Assembly (NCBI GenBank): GCA_964634205.1
Contig: CAZWKE010000003.1
Span: 9,268 to 73,267, forward strand
DNA: 64,000 nucleotides
Source: an uncultured Spirochaetaceae bacterium
GTDB taxonomy: Bacteria; Spirochaetota; Spirochaetia; SZUA-6; RPPD01
Direction of reading: 5' to 3'
The position numbers and the translations under genes were made by a program. This document shows positions 17,530 through 27,000 of this stretch, piece by piece (the first letter of the stretch is position 1; every line of letters begins with the position of its first letter). The notes below the pieces were generated by a model that made no database searches, was not told the DNA's origin, and was given only the letters and a program-made list of their open reading frames with translations.

Positions 17530-19123
17530 CCGCCGCTCCCTTTCTCCGCTTCTTTAGAAGAGTATCGATAACATAAACCCCACCCTGGATGCCGCCTCTG
17601 CAAAAGGCATCCCAGAAAAGCCTTCCCAACACAATCATATTATCGGTAACAGCGGCGGTAAGGTGTACCCCGGTATACCGGGTAACCATTTCGAGGGCCT
17701 TGCCGATGGGCACGCCGTGCCAGTCATGCGCATGCTCTCTTTCGACAGCCGGCAGGGCAAGAATCGCCATCTTCTCCGGTACGCGGCCGGGCATATCGTT
17801 CCACAGCGGCCGCATGCGGGTCAAAGCCTCCCGGTTTGTCCGGTCTTCGATTATAAAGCAGGCTACACCCGGCGTCCCGTTTCCCAAAAGAAACTCATCG
17901 GTCTCAGGCCTGTCCGCCTTAAGGCGCAGAAAAATCCTCCGTAAAGCGTCTTGTGCCGCGGCAACCGCACGCCGCCGGTTGCCCGCCTTGGAAATGATAT
18001 TTCCGCATTTTTCCACGTTATTCCTGGGAAAGCACACCTTGCTGCCCGGTGCAACCCGTAAAAACAGGTCCATTACTCCCGGCAGGTTTCCGGCCTCGTC
18101 TGTACCGTAAATCGCCCGTATCTCACCGGGTATGGATATAAAGGCCCGTTCAGCGGAAACACAATGGTAGTTTGGTTCGAGAGAAAGGGGGGGCAGGCCC
18201 ACCGCGATGCGCATGGCTGCTTCCGTTACCCGCACACCATAGGCGTAGGGAAATGTCCAACCCGACATGTATCCGCCGGAAAGCCGTGCCGCGATCTCTC
18301 CCACCACCGGCCCTTGCCCCGAGAGTTTGATATCTCCCTTTGCCGCCCCGTTTGTAATACCCAATGCTTTTATGCCCTGACAAAATACCTTTTCTACAGC
18401 GGAAACGGTTGCCCGGTTATAGGCGGTGGGCATGGTATGTCCCATCTCTACAAAATACGGTGAAAAGCGGATATCCCTGTCCGCCACCCCGCATACGGTT
18501 ATTTCCCCTTTATAGACGATGGCATCAAGACTGAATTCAGGTCCCTCCACATACTCCTCGATTATTACCTTGTGAGATCGGGAATACATAAATCCCCGGG
18601 ACACCGCCTGCCGCAACTGATCGGGTGACTCGGCTTTCACCACTCCCCGTGCGCCCATATTATCCGCCGGTTTCACCACAACCGGGAAGCGGAGCTCGCC
18701 CTCCAGTTCCGCAAGCCGGGTTTCCTCGGTGATACACCGGAAATCCGGGCTGGGGACATGATTTGCTTTAAACACCTCCCGCATTCTTACCTTGTCGGTC
18801 GCGTCCAGGGCAACCTCATAAGGAATACCCGGCAGACCAAGGCGCTCGGCGGCATACGCCACACTGGTTGAAAAATCCGTACCCGCGGTAAATACCCCGT
18901 CCAATCCGTTTTCCCGGGCATAACGTTTTAGTACCCCTGTTATCTCTTCCGTGTGCCTGAGGTCTATATGCTCAAAAAAATCCGCATACTCCCTCCCGGG
19001 CACCTTGCTGCTGCCGTCAATCAAAATAACACGCCAGCCCAGTTCTCGTGCAATGCGCAGGGAGGGCAGCTGCATAATACCGCCCCCCAAAATGGCAATC
19101 GTTTTTTCATCGGCACCGCTCAC
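17513..19123 (-). CDS. ATP-grasp domain enzyme with a ~150-aa C-terminal extension
   Basis: 536 aa. Glycine-rich N-terminus TIAILGGGIMQL. Central ATP-grasp region (PVVVKPADNMGARGV ... IEEYVEGPEFSLDAIV). Overlaps the neighbours at both ends, indicating an operon. Confidence 0.65.
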   Translation of the reverse strand: MSGADEKTIAILGGGIMQLPSLRIARELGWRVILIDGSSKVPGREYADFFEHIDLRHTEEITGVLKRYARENGLDGVFTAGTDFSTSVAYAAERLGLPGIPYEVALDATDKVRMREVFKANHVPSPDFRCITEETRLAELEGELRFPVVVKPADNMGARGVVKAESPDQLRQAVSRGFMYSRSHKVIIEEYVEGPEFSLDAIVYKGEITVCGVADRDIRFSPYFVEMGHTMPTAYNRATVSAVEKVFCQGIKALGITNGAAKGDIKLSGQGPVVGEIAARLSGGYMSGWTFPYAYGVRVTEAAMRIAVGLPPLSLEPNYHCVSAERAFISIPGEIRAIYGTDEAGNLPGVMDLFLRVAPGSKVCFPRNNVEKCGNIISKAGNRRRAVAAAQDALRRIFLRLKADRPETDEFLLGNGTPGVACFIIEDRTNREALTRMRPLWNDMPGRVPEKMAILALPAVEREHAHDWHGVPIGKALEMVTRYTGVHLTAAVTDNMIVLGRLFWDAFCRGGIQGGVYVIDTLLKKRRKGAADEKAN

Positions 19124-20934
19124 CCGGCGTCCCCCCTTTTCACCGCATATACCTCAAAAGTATCTCCGAGTCCGAACACTCGGCTTACCGCCGAAAATAG
19201 TTTCGCACACCATTTTCCCGGCAGGCCGGGGAGCGCTTTTCCCTTGAAAAATCTTTCCCCGTGATGCCCGGTAATATATATTTTTTTTACCGTGAAACCG
19301 AATCCCGCAAGCTGTTTTTTGATTTTTGCCGGGTGCCAGACGGTATAGTGATCCGGCGGACTCTTTTCCAGAAACCGACGCATGTTCTTCCGGGCCGAGA
19401 TCCCCGCCGCCGAAGGCGTGGAAAAAGCCAGGATTCCACCGGGCTTTAAAAGCAGGCTGATATGCTTCAGTATGGCAAACGGATTTTGAAAATGCTCCAG
19501 TACAAACCACATACTCACTCCATCGAAAAGGGCGCGGTTTTTCTTGACATACATATCACCGTCTTTCCCAAAATCCAACTCTTCACAGGAAATTCCGAGT
19601 GTCTCCCTGACATACCGTACGGCGGCGCCGCTGATATCCAGACCACGCGCCGCTATATTCCGGGCGGCCGCCTCCTTGAGAAACGGCCCGTAGGCGCAAC
19701 CGATATCCAATAAGCGCGGGTGTTCCTTATTTTCCCTCCATAATCTTTTAATAACACGCAGCCGCCTCCTGCCCTGTTGCCGGATACATGCAAAGTCCTG
19801 CAGATAGGTCCTGCCGTACTGTTTCCGATACTCTTTGAAAAAGTAGTCCCGGTTGTAGTACTGCTTTTTTTCCAGGAAAAAAAGTCCGTAGATCATGCCG
19901 CAGTGCGAACAAGCGAAATATGTCTTGGCCGGAAAGCGGGCCGACACCCTGTTGCCCCGATGATGACAAAGCGGGCAGACGGCTGAACCGCTGAATTCCC
20001 GGCCCTGCAGATGTGTGATTATGGCCGGCCGCGTGCGAGGGTCCCGCGGCGGGTAGCGAAGCAACAGCCGCTTAAAACGCTGTTCATTCTTTAACAGGGC
20101 CCGAAGGCGTTTCAGATTCGGTTTTCGTATGCCGATCTCGGGAAATCCCGCCTCCCGACTGAGCCTCCGGTGATACGGCGTCGGATTAAAACTAATCACC
20201 GGAACGCCAAGAGCCAGTGCCTCATAACAGGTAAGGCCGAAATGCGTAAATACAAGATCGTACTCCCGGATAAGACCTTGCAGATCACCCCTGTTTTTAT
20301 ACACGGTGACACCCTGCGGCCATTTGGTGTGTTTAAACAAAGGCCCCTGGACCACGGCTATTTCCGCGGGCCTGAACACCCCCTGTTCAAGGAGTTCCCG
20401 CAGCAGTACCGGCGATAATTGACACGGGTCTTCTCCGCCGAAACTCAACAACACCCGTTTGAAGGGATGGTGCATACTCCGCCGGGCGGCGGTGTGTAAC
20501 CGGGGTTCATAGGGGATGACAATATTGGGAGTGCTTCTCTTCGCTGTTCCGGGCAGCGTATCTATCAGGTAGGGGAACAGGTCCCGGGCGGCACCACCCT
20601 CATCCAGGCCGACAACCGGTGCTTGTTCCCTATACATTGAAAACAACGACCGCGGGGTGCGCCTGCCGTCCAGTACAATGCACTTTAATTTTGCGGCGGG
20701 CGGCAACTGTTTTACCAGGTACCGGTGTTCGGCCTGCGAAACGGGCAGTACGCTCAGGGATTTATCCGGGGGAAGCAAAAGCAGGGCCCCGGTGCCGAAC
20801 AGACGCACATGGTCCATACAACGTTTGAAATGTCCCATTCCTTCTCCCTGCCCGACCCGTGGGACAAAAAGGACCCGCCTCATTCGGCTTGCGGTACTGC
20901 TGCCTGCCAAAGCTCTGTGTGCGTTTTCAGCCAT
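19120..20934 (-). CDS. Fusion protein: PseG-like UDP-sugar hydrolase (GT28-type) + zinc ribbon + class I SAM-dependent methyltransferase
   Basis: 604 aa. N-terminal VLFVPRVGQGEGMGHFKRC matches the PseG GxGHxxR motif. Middle segment CPLCHHRGN...CSHCG is a 4-Cys ribbon. C-terminal LLDIGCAYGPFLKEAAARNIAARGLDIS is SAM-methyltransferase motif I, followed by ILAFSTP. Confidence 0.6.
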   Translation of the reverse strand: MAENAHRALAGSSTASRMRRVLFVPRVGQGEGMGHFKRCMDHVRLFGTGALLLLPPDKSLSVLPVSQAEHRYLVKQLPPAAKLKCIVLDGRRTPRSLFSMYREQAPVVGLDEGGAARDLFPYLIDTLPGTAKRSTPNIVIPYEPRLHTAARRSMHHPFKRVLLSFGGEDPCQLSPVLLRELLEQGVFRPAEIAVVQGPLFKHTKWPQGVTVYKNRGDLQGLIREYDLVFTHFGLTCYEALALGVPVISFNPTPYHRRLSREAGFPEIGIRKPNLKRLRALLKNEQRFKRLLLRYPPRDPRTRPAIITHLQGREFSGSAVCPLCHHRGNRVSARFPAKTYFACSHCGMIYGLFFLEKKQYYNRDYFFKEYRKQYGRTYLQDFACIRQQGRRRLRVIKRLWRENKEHPRLLDIGCAYGPFLKEAAARNIAARGLDISGAAVRYVRETLGISCEELDFGKDGDMYVKKNRALFDGVSMWFVLEHFQNPFAILKHISLLLKPGGILAFSTPSAAGISARKNMRRFLEKSPPDHYTVWHPAKIKKQLAGFGFTVKKIYITGHHGERFFKGKALPGLPGKWCAKLFSAVSRVFGLGDTFEVYAVKRGDAG

Positions 20935-21599
20935 TGTACAAGTTCTACAGTTTCTATGGGTTTGTGTCTATAGAGTGCCGTATACACAGCATGGATTATT
21001 TTGAAATCTGCGGCCGTATCCAACGTTACCCGCGCCCGGGGAAGCCGGCACTCCGGCGGACAAGGGGGTTCATGTACCGAGAACTCAGTTTTATGCTTCA
21101 GAATATAAGGGGTAACATGTTCATGATCATATGGATCCGTTGTTTTTTCACGGGCGGCAAACAAGGCCCGGGCCTCTACCACCTCAACCCCCGTTCCCAG
21201 TGGCGCGCCTTCAAACCTGCTGAAATCCGTACTGTGTTGCTGATGGTACTCCAGGTTGCGCCGGGTCAGCTCCGCCGAAACAAGGGGATTGTCTCCGGTT
21301 GCCCTGACAATCCGGGTTACGCCGAAATGCCCGGCCGCCCGGCAGTATCGTTCCAGGACATCAAGCGAAGGCCCGGCAAACAGGTGAAACTGCCATTTCT
21401 CCGCGTACCGTTTCAGGGCCGAGGCGCTCTCTGCATCGGTAAGCAGGGCATGCACATCAACCGCCACCCGGCCAAGGGCCTGCATAGCATGCTCGATGAC
21501 CGTGAGTCCAGCCAGTTCCAGCAGGGCTTTCCCGGGCAGGCGTTTTGATTTCAATCGTACCTGTAAAAATATACCACTTTTCATTCCGGATCTTCCCAT
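20880..21599 (-). CDS. CMP-nonulosonic acid cytidylyltransferase (NeuA/PseF/KdsB family)
   Basis: 239 aa. N-terminal GIFLQVRLKSKRLPGKALLELAGLTVIEH fits the cytidylyltransferase P-loop pattern (ARxxSxRLPxK). Confidence 0.75.
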   Translation of the reverse strand: MGRSGMKSGIFLQVRLKSKRLPGKALLELAGLTVIEHAMQALGRVAVDVHALLTDAESASALKRYAEKWQFHLFAGPSLDVLERYCRAAGHFGVTRIVRATGDNPLVSAELTRRNLEYHQQHSTDFSRFEGAPLGTGVEVVEARALFAAREKTTDPYDHEHVTPYILKHKTEFSVHEPPCPPECRLPRARVTLDTAADFKIIHAVYTALYRHKPIETVELVQWLKTHTELWQAAVPQAE

Positions 21600-22546
21600 A
21601 ACTCGATCAGACTCTTTGCGTCCCTTCTGAATCTGTATTTATTCAGGATTACCCACTTTCGTACGTTGAGGAACTCTTTCAGGGAGGTAATAATCCCGGT
21701 ATTCGATTTTATCATGTAGCGGAAAAAATGCCTGAACGGCAGCACCCCGCGGTCGCTTCTGAAATCCACACACAGGTTTTTCAGGTAAAACAGTTTATAG
21801 CTTTCATCGGGGGTGTTGTCCTCAAAGGACAACTCATAATTGTAATGAAACAGCAGGGAAGTATTACAGACAATATTTTCTCCCCATAGAAAACACCTGA
21901 AACCAAAATCGGCCTTCTGCCAGAAAGGGGTGGTGATATTCCCGTCGAATCCGCCGCACAAACGGTATTTTTCCTTATTATAAATACCGCAGTAATCGAA
22001 GGCGAACAGGCTTTTCATACCGTCGCGCAGGGGGTTCCACGGGATGATTTTAAAGGCCTTCTTTTCATACCCCGGTGTCTGGATACTGGGGATTGTATCA
22101 CCTTTTTTATTTTTCAGAATGGGAACCGTACATAGTGCGTTTTGGTGCAGGATTTTTTCCAGTACCCGTGCGGCAAGCGAGCTTTGGGATATCTTCATAT
22201 CGTTCCAGATGATAAACACCAAGCGGGACATGGCCTCTTCTATTCCGATATTCACTTTTTCCCCGGCGGTGCATTTTTCATGCAGCAAGAGAAACCGGAC
22301 ATTGGGATAGCGGCGGGAGAGGCTCTCCACATCATACGCAATATCCGGCCCCTCAATGAAGATAACCTCAAGGGACTCTTTCCGGGGCAGATCGTTGAAT
22401 ACATCATGCTGGAACAGCCTGCCCCCCCGGTTTAAGATGACGATCGAGACGGGAAAAAGGTATTTGCTTACGCGGGGTTTCGGCGCTCCGCCCATTACCG
22501 TATAGGATATTTGCGGGCGTTTAAAAATTGTAGGTGTAGTACTCAT
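21581..22546 (-). CDS. Glycosyltransferase-like protein (degenerate GT-A/GT2 fold)
   Basis: 321 aa. FPVSIVILNRGG...QHDVFNDL resembles a GT2 N-terminus. No clear DXD motif. In an operon with the sugar-nucleotide enzymes. Confidence 0.35.
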   Translation of the reverse strand: MSTTPTIFKRPQISYTVMGGAPKPRVSKYLFPVSIVILNRGGRLFQHDVFNDLPRKESLEVIFIEGPDIAYDVESLSRRYPNVRFLLLHEKCTAGEKVNIGIEEAMSRLVFIIWNDMKISQSSLAARVLEKILHQNALCTVPILKNKKGDTIPSIQTPGYEKKAFKIIPWNPLRDGMKSLFAFDYCGIYNKEKYRLCGGFDGNITTPFWQKADFGFRCFLWGENIVCNTSLLFHYNYELSFEDNTPDESYKLFYLKNLCVDFRSDRGVLPFRHFFRYMIKSNTGIITSLKEFLNVRKWVILNKYRFRRDAKSLIELWEDPE

Positions 22547-24014
22547 CGCATTCTTTACAGATATCGGGATATTCTTCCTTTAAATGCCGGAGATAAAAAT
22601 CGTTGCCCCGGTCCCAGATAACGGCCGGGTCATCCTGTAAAAGATTGCCCAGAACATGCTGCTTGTTGATGTCCTCCCTGCAGAGGCTGACACTGCCGTC
22701 CAGAAAAACCGCAATGTCCCGTTTAATATGCCAGCAGGGAAAACGTTTCAGGGGTGAAAGGTCCGTTACCCTGTACTGCGGCAGAAAACCGGAAAAATAA
22801 TCATACTTTTGAATAATAATATTTTCCGTGGTTTGTTTCCATTGCTTATAGAATTTTTCAAGCTCATCCTCATTCTGCTGCATACGCACGGCCTGGACAA
22901 ATACATTTCGACCGAAGGTCTCAAGCAGTATTTTGGTATTTTCCATGGCCTCGGCAAAACCCTGCCCACGCAAGGTGTTGTAACACGCTTCACTGATCGC
23001 ATCCAGCGAAACAATCCAGCGGCAGCGATCACGTACATTGCCGCTTAATGACTGCAGGGCCTTCGCGTCCCATCCCAGGGCGGATGTCTCAATTACCAGT
23101 TTGAAGGACGGTATCTCGCATACTTTTTCGATTAGCTCATATGCCTTGCTGTGCAGCGAATGCTCGCCCCATAACGAAAAGCCGATGACCGCGTCCTCAC
23201 AGAATCCCCGTATTTTCTCCAGTATTTTTTCAAAATCCTCCGGGGCCATTTCACCCTTTTTCCCCAGCATATCGGGTCTGAATTTGGGGTACGGACAGTA
23301 TGAGCATTGCTGCGCGCAGCCCTCCACGGTCTGAACCAGAAAATAAACGGGCAGCGTGCGTAATATTTCCTTGTGTTCCTGTAAGGCCTTCAGTATTTCC
23401 TGTTCCGAAAACGCCCCGTACTCCGCCAGCCGTTTTAATAAAAAGAAATTCCTTCTGCAGTCCGCGGACAGGCCGGCACGCAGCAGACGCAGGTCAACGG
23501 GAGATATCTCGGTCTCCAGGTCAAATGAGTTGATGTCCTTCTTTATCAGCTCAAACAGGCTGTTCCGGTCCGGTACCGTGATTTCATCTTCACCCAGCAG
23601 GTTCAGCAAGGGCGTTAGAATATAGGGTTTCAGGATTTCCGGGGTAAGTCCGTAGGGATACCCGTCGGCAAAGGTGTAATCCGCAAAATAGGTCTTATGA
23701 TTCGCGTACATGCGTTTTGTGATCTCACTGTTCAAAAACATACAGTCCGCGTAGAAATAAAAAATATTATCAAACCCCTCGGCCTTTTCTTTTATTCGGC
23801 GCAGCATTTCTCCCGTGGTCCAATGCTCATCCTGCAGGGACTCATACTGTTTTAATTCCCTGCAGGGTGAAGAAAGCAGAACCAGGGTCTTTTCGACCTC
23901 CGGGAGGCTCCCGATGTATTCTTTCACAAAATCAAGGGGGGTCTTCCCGCTCCGCACGTTTTCAAGGGCATAGGGAGAGAGATTAATTCCGTTTACTATG
24001 GCTATATTTTTCAT
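22521..24014 (-). CDS. Radical SAM / SPASM-domain enzyme with a ~220-aa N-terminal extra domain
   Basis: 497 aa. 4Fe-4S cluster motif CAQQCSYC (CxxxCxxC) at about residue 225. C-terminal Cys-rich auxiliary-cluster region CWHIKRD...SLCRED...CKECDEY. The N-terminal 220 aa precede the radical SAM core. Confidence 0.7.
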   Translation of the reverse strand: MKNIAIVNGINLSPYALENVRSGKTPLDFVKEYIGSLPEVEKTLVLLSSPCRELKQYESLQDEHWTTGEMLRRIKEKAEGFDNIFYFYADCMFLNSEITKRMYANHKTYFADYTFADGYPYGLTPEILKPYILTPLLNLLGEDEITVPDRNSLFELIKKDINSFDLETEISPVDLRLLRAGLSADCRRNFFLLKRLAEYGAFSEQEILKALQEHKEILRTLPVYFLVQTVEGCAQQCSYCPYPKFRPDMLGKKGEMAPEDFEKILEKIRGFCEDAVIGFSLWGEHSLHSKAYELIEKVCEIPSFKLVIETSALGWDAKALQSLSGNVRDRCRWIVSLDAISEACYNTLRGQGFAEAMENTKILLETFGRNVFVQAVRMQQNEDELEKFYKQWKQTTENIIIQKYDYFSGFLPQYRVTDLSPLKRFPCWHIKRDIAVFLDGSVSLCREDINKQHVLGNLLQDDPAVIWDRGNDFYLRHLKEEYPDICKECDEYYTYNF

Positions 24015-24073
24015 CTCTTATAGATTATATCGACAGGCGGACACTTATGCTGAATAACTCAAACGCAAACGAT

Positions 24074-27000
24074 TTATTTCTCCGGAATGAGTTCCAGAAT
24101 AAGTTCAACCTCACCGCGCGAGAGTTTGGTGGCCCTGGCAATCTCCTGAACCGACCAGCCCTGATGGGCGAGTTTCACTACCGTCTGCCGTTTATCACTT
24201 GAAGGGGCCCCACGGTCCTTTTTGGTCTGGGCCACCTCTTCCTTGATCAGACTTTCCAAAAGTCGCAGCTGTTCCTGGGCCTGGGTATTTACCTGTTCCA
24301 GCCTTGTCTCGGCCCGGGCCAGCCATTCCCTGGCGATATTCAGTTTGTCCATCCGTGCCTCAAGCTCCAGAATCAGGTGATCAATACCTTCCATTTTATC
24401 GACCACGGCGTCGGTCTTTTCCTTGTTGGCGCTGATAAGCTCAATCTCCGCTTTCAGTTCCTTTATCAGGGAGGGTATCCCCTTCATTTCCTTCTGCATT
24501 TCACCTAATGATTTGTCAAGACCGGTGAGCTTTTGAAAATTCTTATCCACTCCCTGGGTCGTGCTGTCCAGTACCTTCTTTTTCTGTTCCAGGCGGGCAA
24601 AACGGGTATCTACCTCTTTTTCCAGATCTTCGAGTGTTCTCATTTTCAGCTCCAGCTCCTGGACCGCATCGTAATTTGTAGTAATATTCACAATCTTGGC
24701 GTCTATTTCATGTGAGATGGAAATAAGGCGTTTAAAATCGGTTTCCATGCTGTTGATACGCTTTTTCTCGGTCACAAATTCCCTGACCTTGGCGGACATA
24801 TCATCCACGAGCTTTCTAGTGGTGACAAACTCTTTGTTGATGGCGTCCACGTCCTTTTTATACGCCGATATCTTGACGAGCTCCTTTTTCATGGAGTCGA
24901 TATCACTCTCAAGGTTGATTTTAAGTGTATCCGCCCGTTCAAATATTTTTGTCTGGGCCACAAAATTCTTCTGCTGTTTTTCTATCTCGCTTAATCCCTG
25001 CCCCAGACCGGAGGCCTTTTCCACCAGTCTATCAAGCTCATCCTTTAGGTGCGCCCTTTCCTTGGTGGTCGCGTCTATCAGATCGTTCTTCTGTTCCGCA
25101 AAATTCTTTTCCAGCGTCGTAAAGGTGGTGGAAAACAGGGTTTCCAACTCGGTTTGACGCTCCACAAAACTATGCTGCAGTGAGTTCAAAGCCGAATTAA
25201 ACGTTTCTTCCAATTCCTGCCGGCGTTCATCAACATCCTGTTTCAGGGTATTAATTCTTGCCGACGAATCCTCTGTCAGTCCGGAAAGCTTTTCAGATAT
25301 ATCCTGCTCCGAATCCTGGTATTTCTGCAGTATTTCCTCGTGCCACTGGCGGGCTTCCTCCGTAGTGCCGGAGAAGTAAGCGGAAAGCTTTTCCCGGGAA
25401 TTCTTGAAATTCTCCTCAAGCTGCTTAATATTTTGCTGTACGTCGATTTTCCCGTCTTCCAGCGCCTTGAACATCGAGGCAATATACCCGTTAATCTCAG
25501 CCTGGGTGCTGTCCAGTTTGGTATCGATAGCCTCGCGCAGCTCCGCTTCCTTTTCCTGCATGGCCCGGCCGGCCGCGCTTTCGATGCTGCGGATATTTTC
25601 CTGTTTGATGGTTTCGATCTTGGTGGAGACCTCTTCCTGGAACTCTTCTATTACCTTTCGCAGTGCGTCACTGCGCTCCCTGAAATCATTAAAGAAATCA
25701 TCCTCAAGTACGCTTAATTTCCCTGATACATTTTCGTACGCCCTGGTTTTCAAGGTATTTATTTCAGCTTCGATATTCTCAATTTCTTCCCGGTAATTCT
25801 CCAGCTCCGCGGCCGCCCTGGATTTCTCCGCACTGCGTTCATCCGCCAAAAGCTTGTTAAAATCGCTGAAATCATGCCTGATCTTCTCCGTGATCCCATC
25901 CATATAATCACGCAGGGATTTTTCCATGGATTCAATATCCACATTACAGTCTTCAAGTTTTTTAAATTTAAAGGAAATCTCCTCTTCATAGGTTCCCAGC
26001 CGCTCTTCTACGCCTTTTGTATACTCATCCATTTCCGCGGCCGCCTGCTCCCGGGCAAGCCTGGTCTGATGAAAATCCTCTTCGTATTTTTGTATGCTCC
26101 GAGCGATTTCGGTCTTCCTGTGCTCGAAGGCCTGTACCATGGATTCTATATTCTCGTTTATTTCAGTCCGCGTCACGTCTATTTTGGAGTCGATAAACTC
26201 ACGCAGCTCATGTTCCTTTTCTTCCAAAGTATCCGCCGCCATACTTTCGATCGTCGTATTATTCTCCTGTTTAATCTGTTCAATCCGCGTCAACACCTCT
26301 TCCTGGAACTTATCCAGGCTGGTTTGGACGGCCAGGCTTCGTTCCTTAAAATCGGCAAAGAAATCATCTTCCAGGATTTGCAGCTTTTCGGATACATTTT
26401 CATATGCCGTGGTTTTCAGCGCCTTTACCTCGGAATCGATACCCTCTATCTCGTTTCGTATCCGGGAAAGCTCCCGGTCGGCCTTGGCGGTTTCCGCCGA
26501 GCGTTCTTCTTCCAGACGGTTTCCAAAGTCTGAAAAATCACTTTTGATCTTATCGCTGACACCCGCCATATACGCGCGCAGTGATTTTTCAAGCTCTTCA
26601 ATATCTACATTGCAATCTTTTAGTCTCTGGAACTTATAGGCAAGCTCTTCATCATAGGTTTCCAGCCGTTGTTCCACGTTTTTGGTAAAATCTTCCATTT
26701 CCAGCGATACACTTTCCTGGGTATCCCTGGCCCGGTTTAAGAAATCGGTCATACCGGCGCTGACCTCATTTTCCAGATCACGCAGCTTGGCGGAAATCTG
26801 TCGTTTCAGGTCCTTCATCTGTTTGTCCAGTTCCACGTGCCAAACGTTTGCGTCGGAACGCAGTACCCCGAACATCTCCCCGATCTCTTTCTTCTTGGTA
26901 TCAAGGTCGGTATTCACCCGCTTGAAGTATTCCTCGATTTCATAAGCCTGCTCCCTGGCCTTTTTATCGATAGACTCTTGCAGGTTATGGAACACCTCAT

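Noticed and set aside
20859-21548. 229-aa plus-strand ORF opposite the cytidylyltransferase
   Set aside because: Antisense shadow. The minus strand carries the cytidylyltransferase motif.
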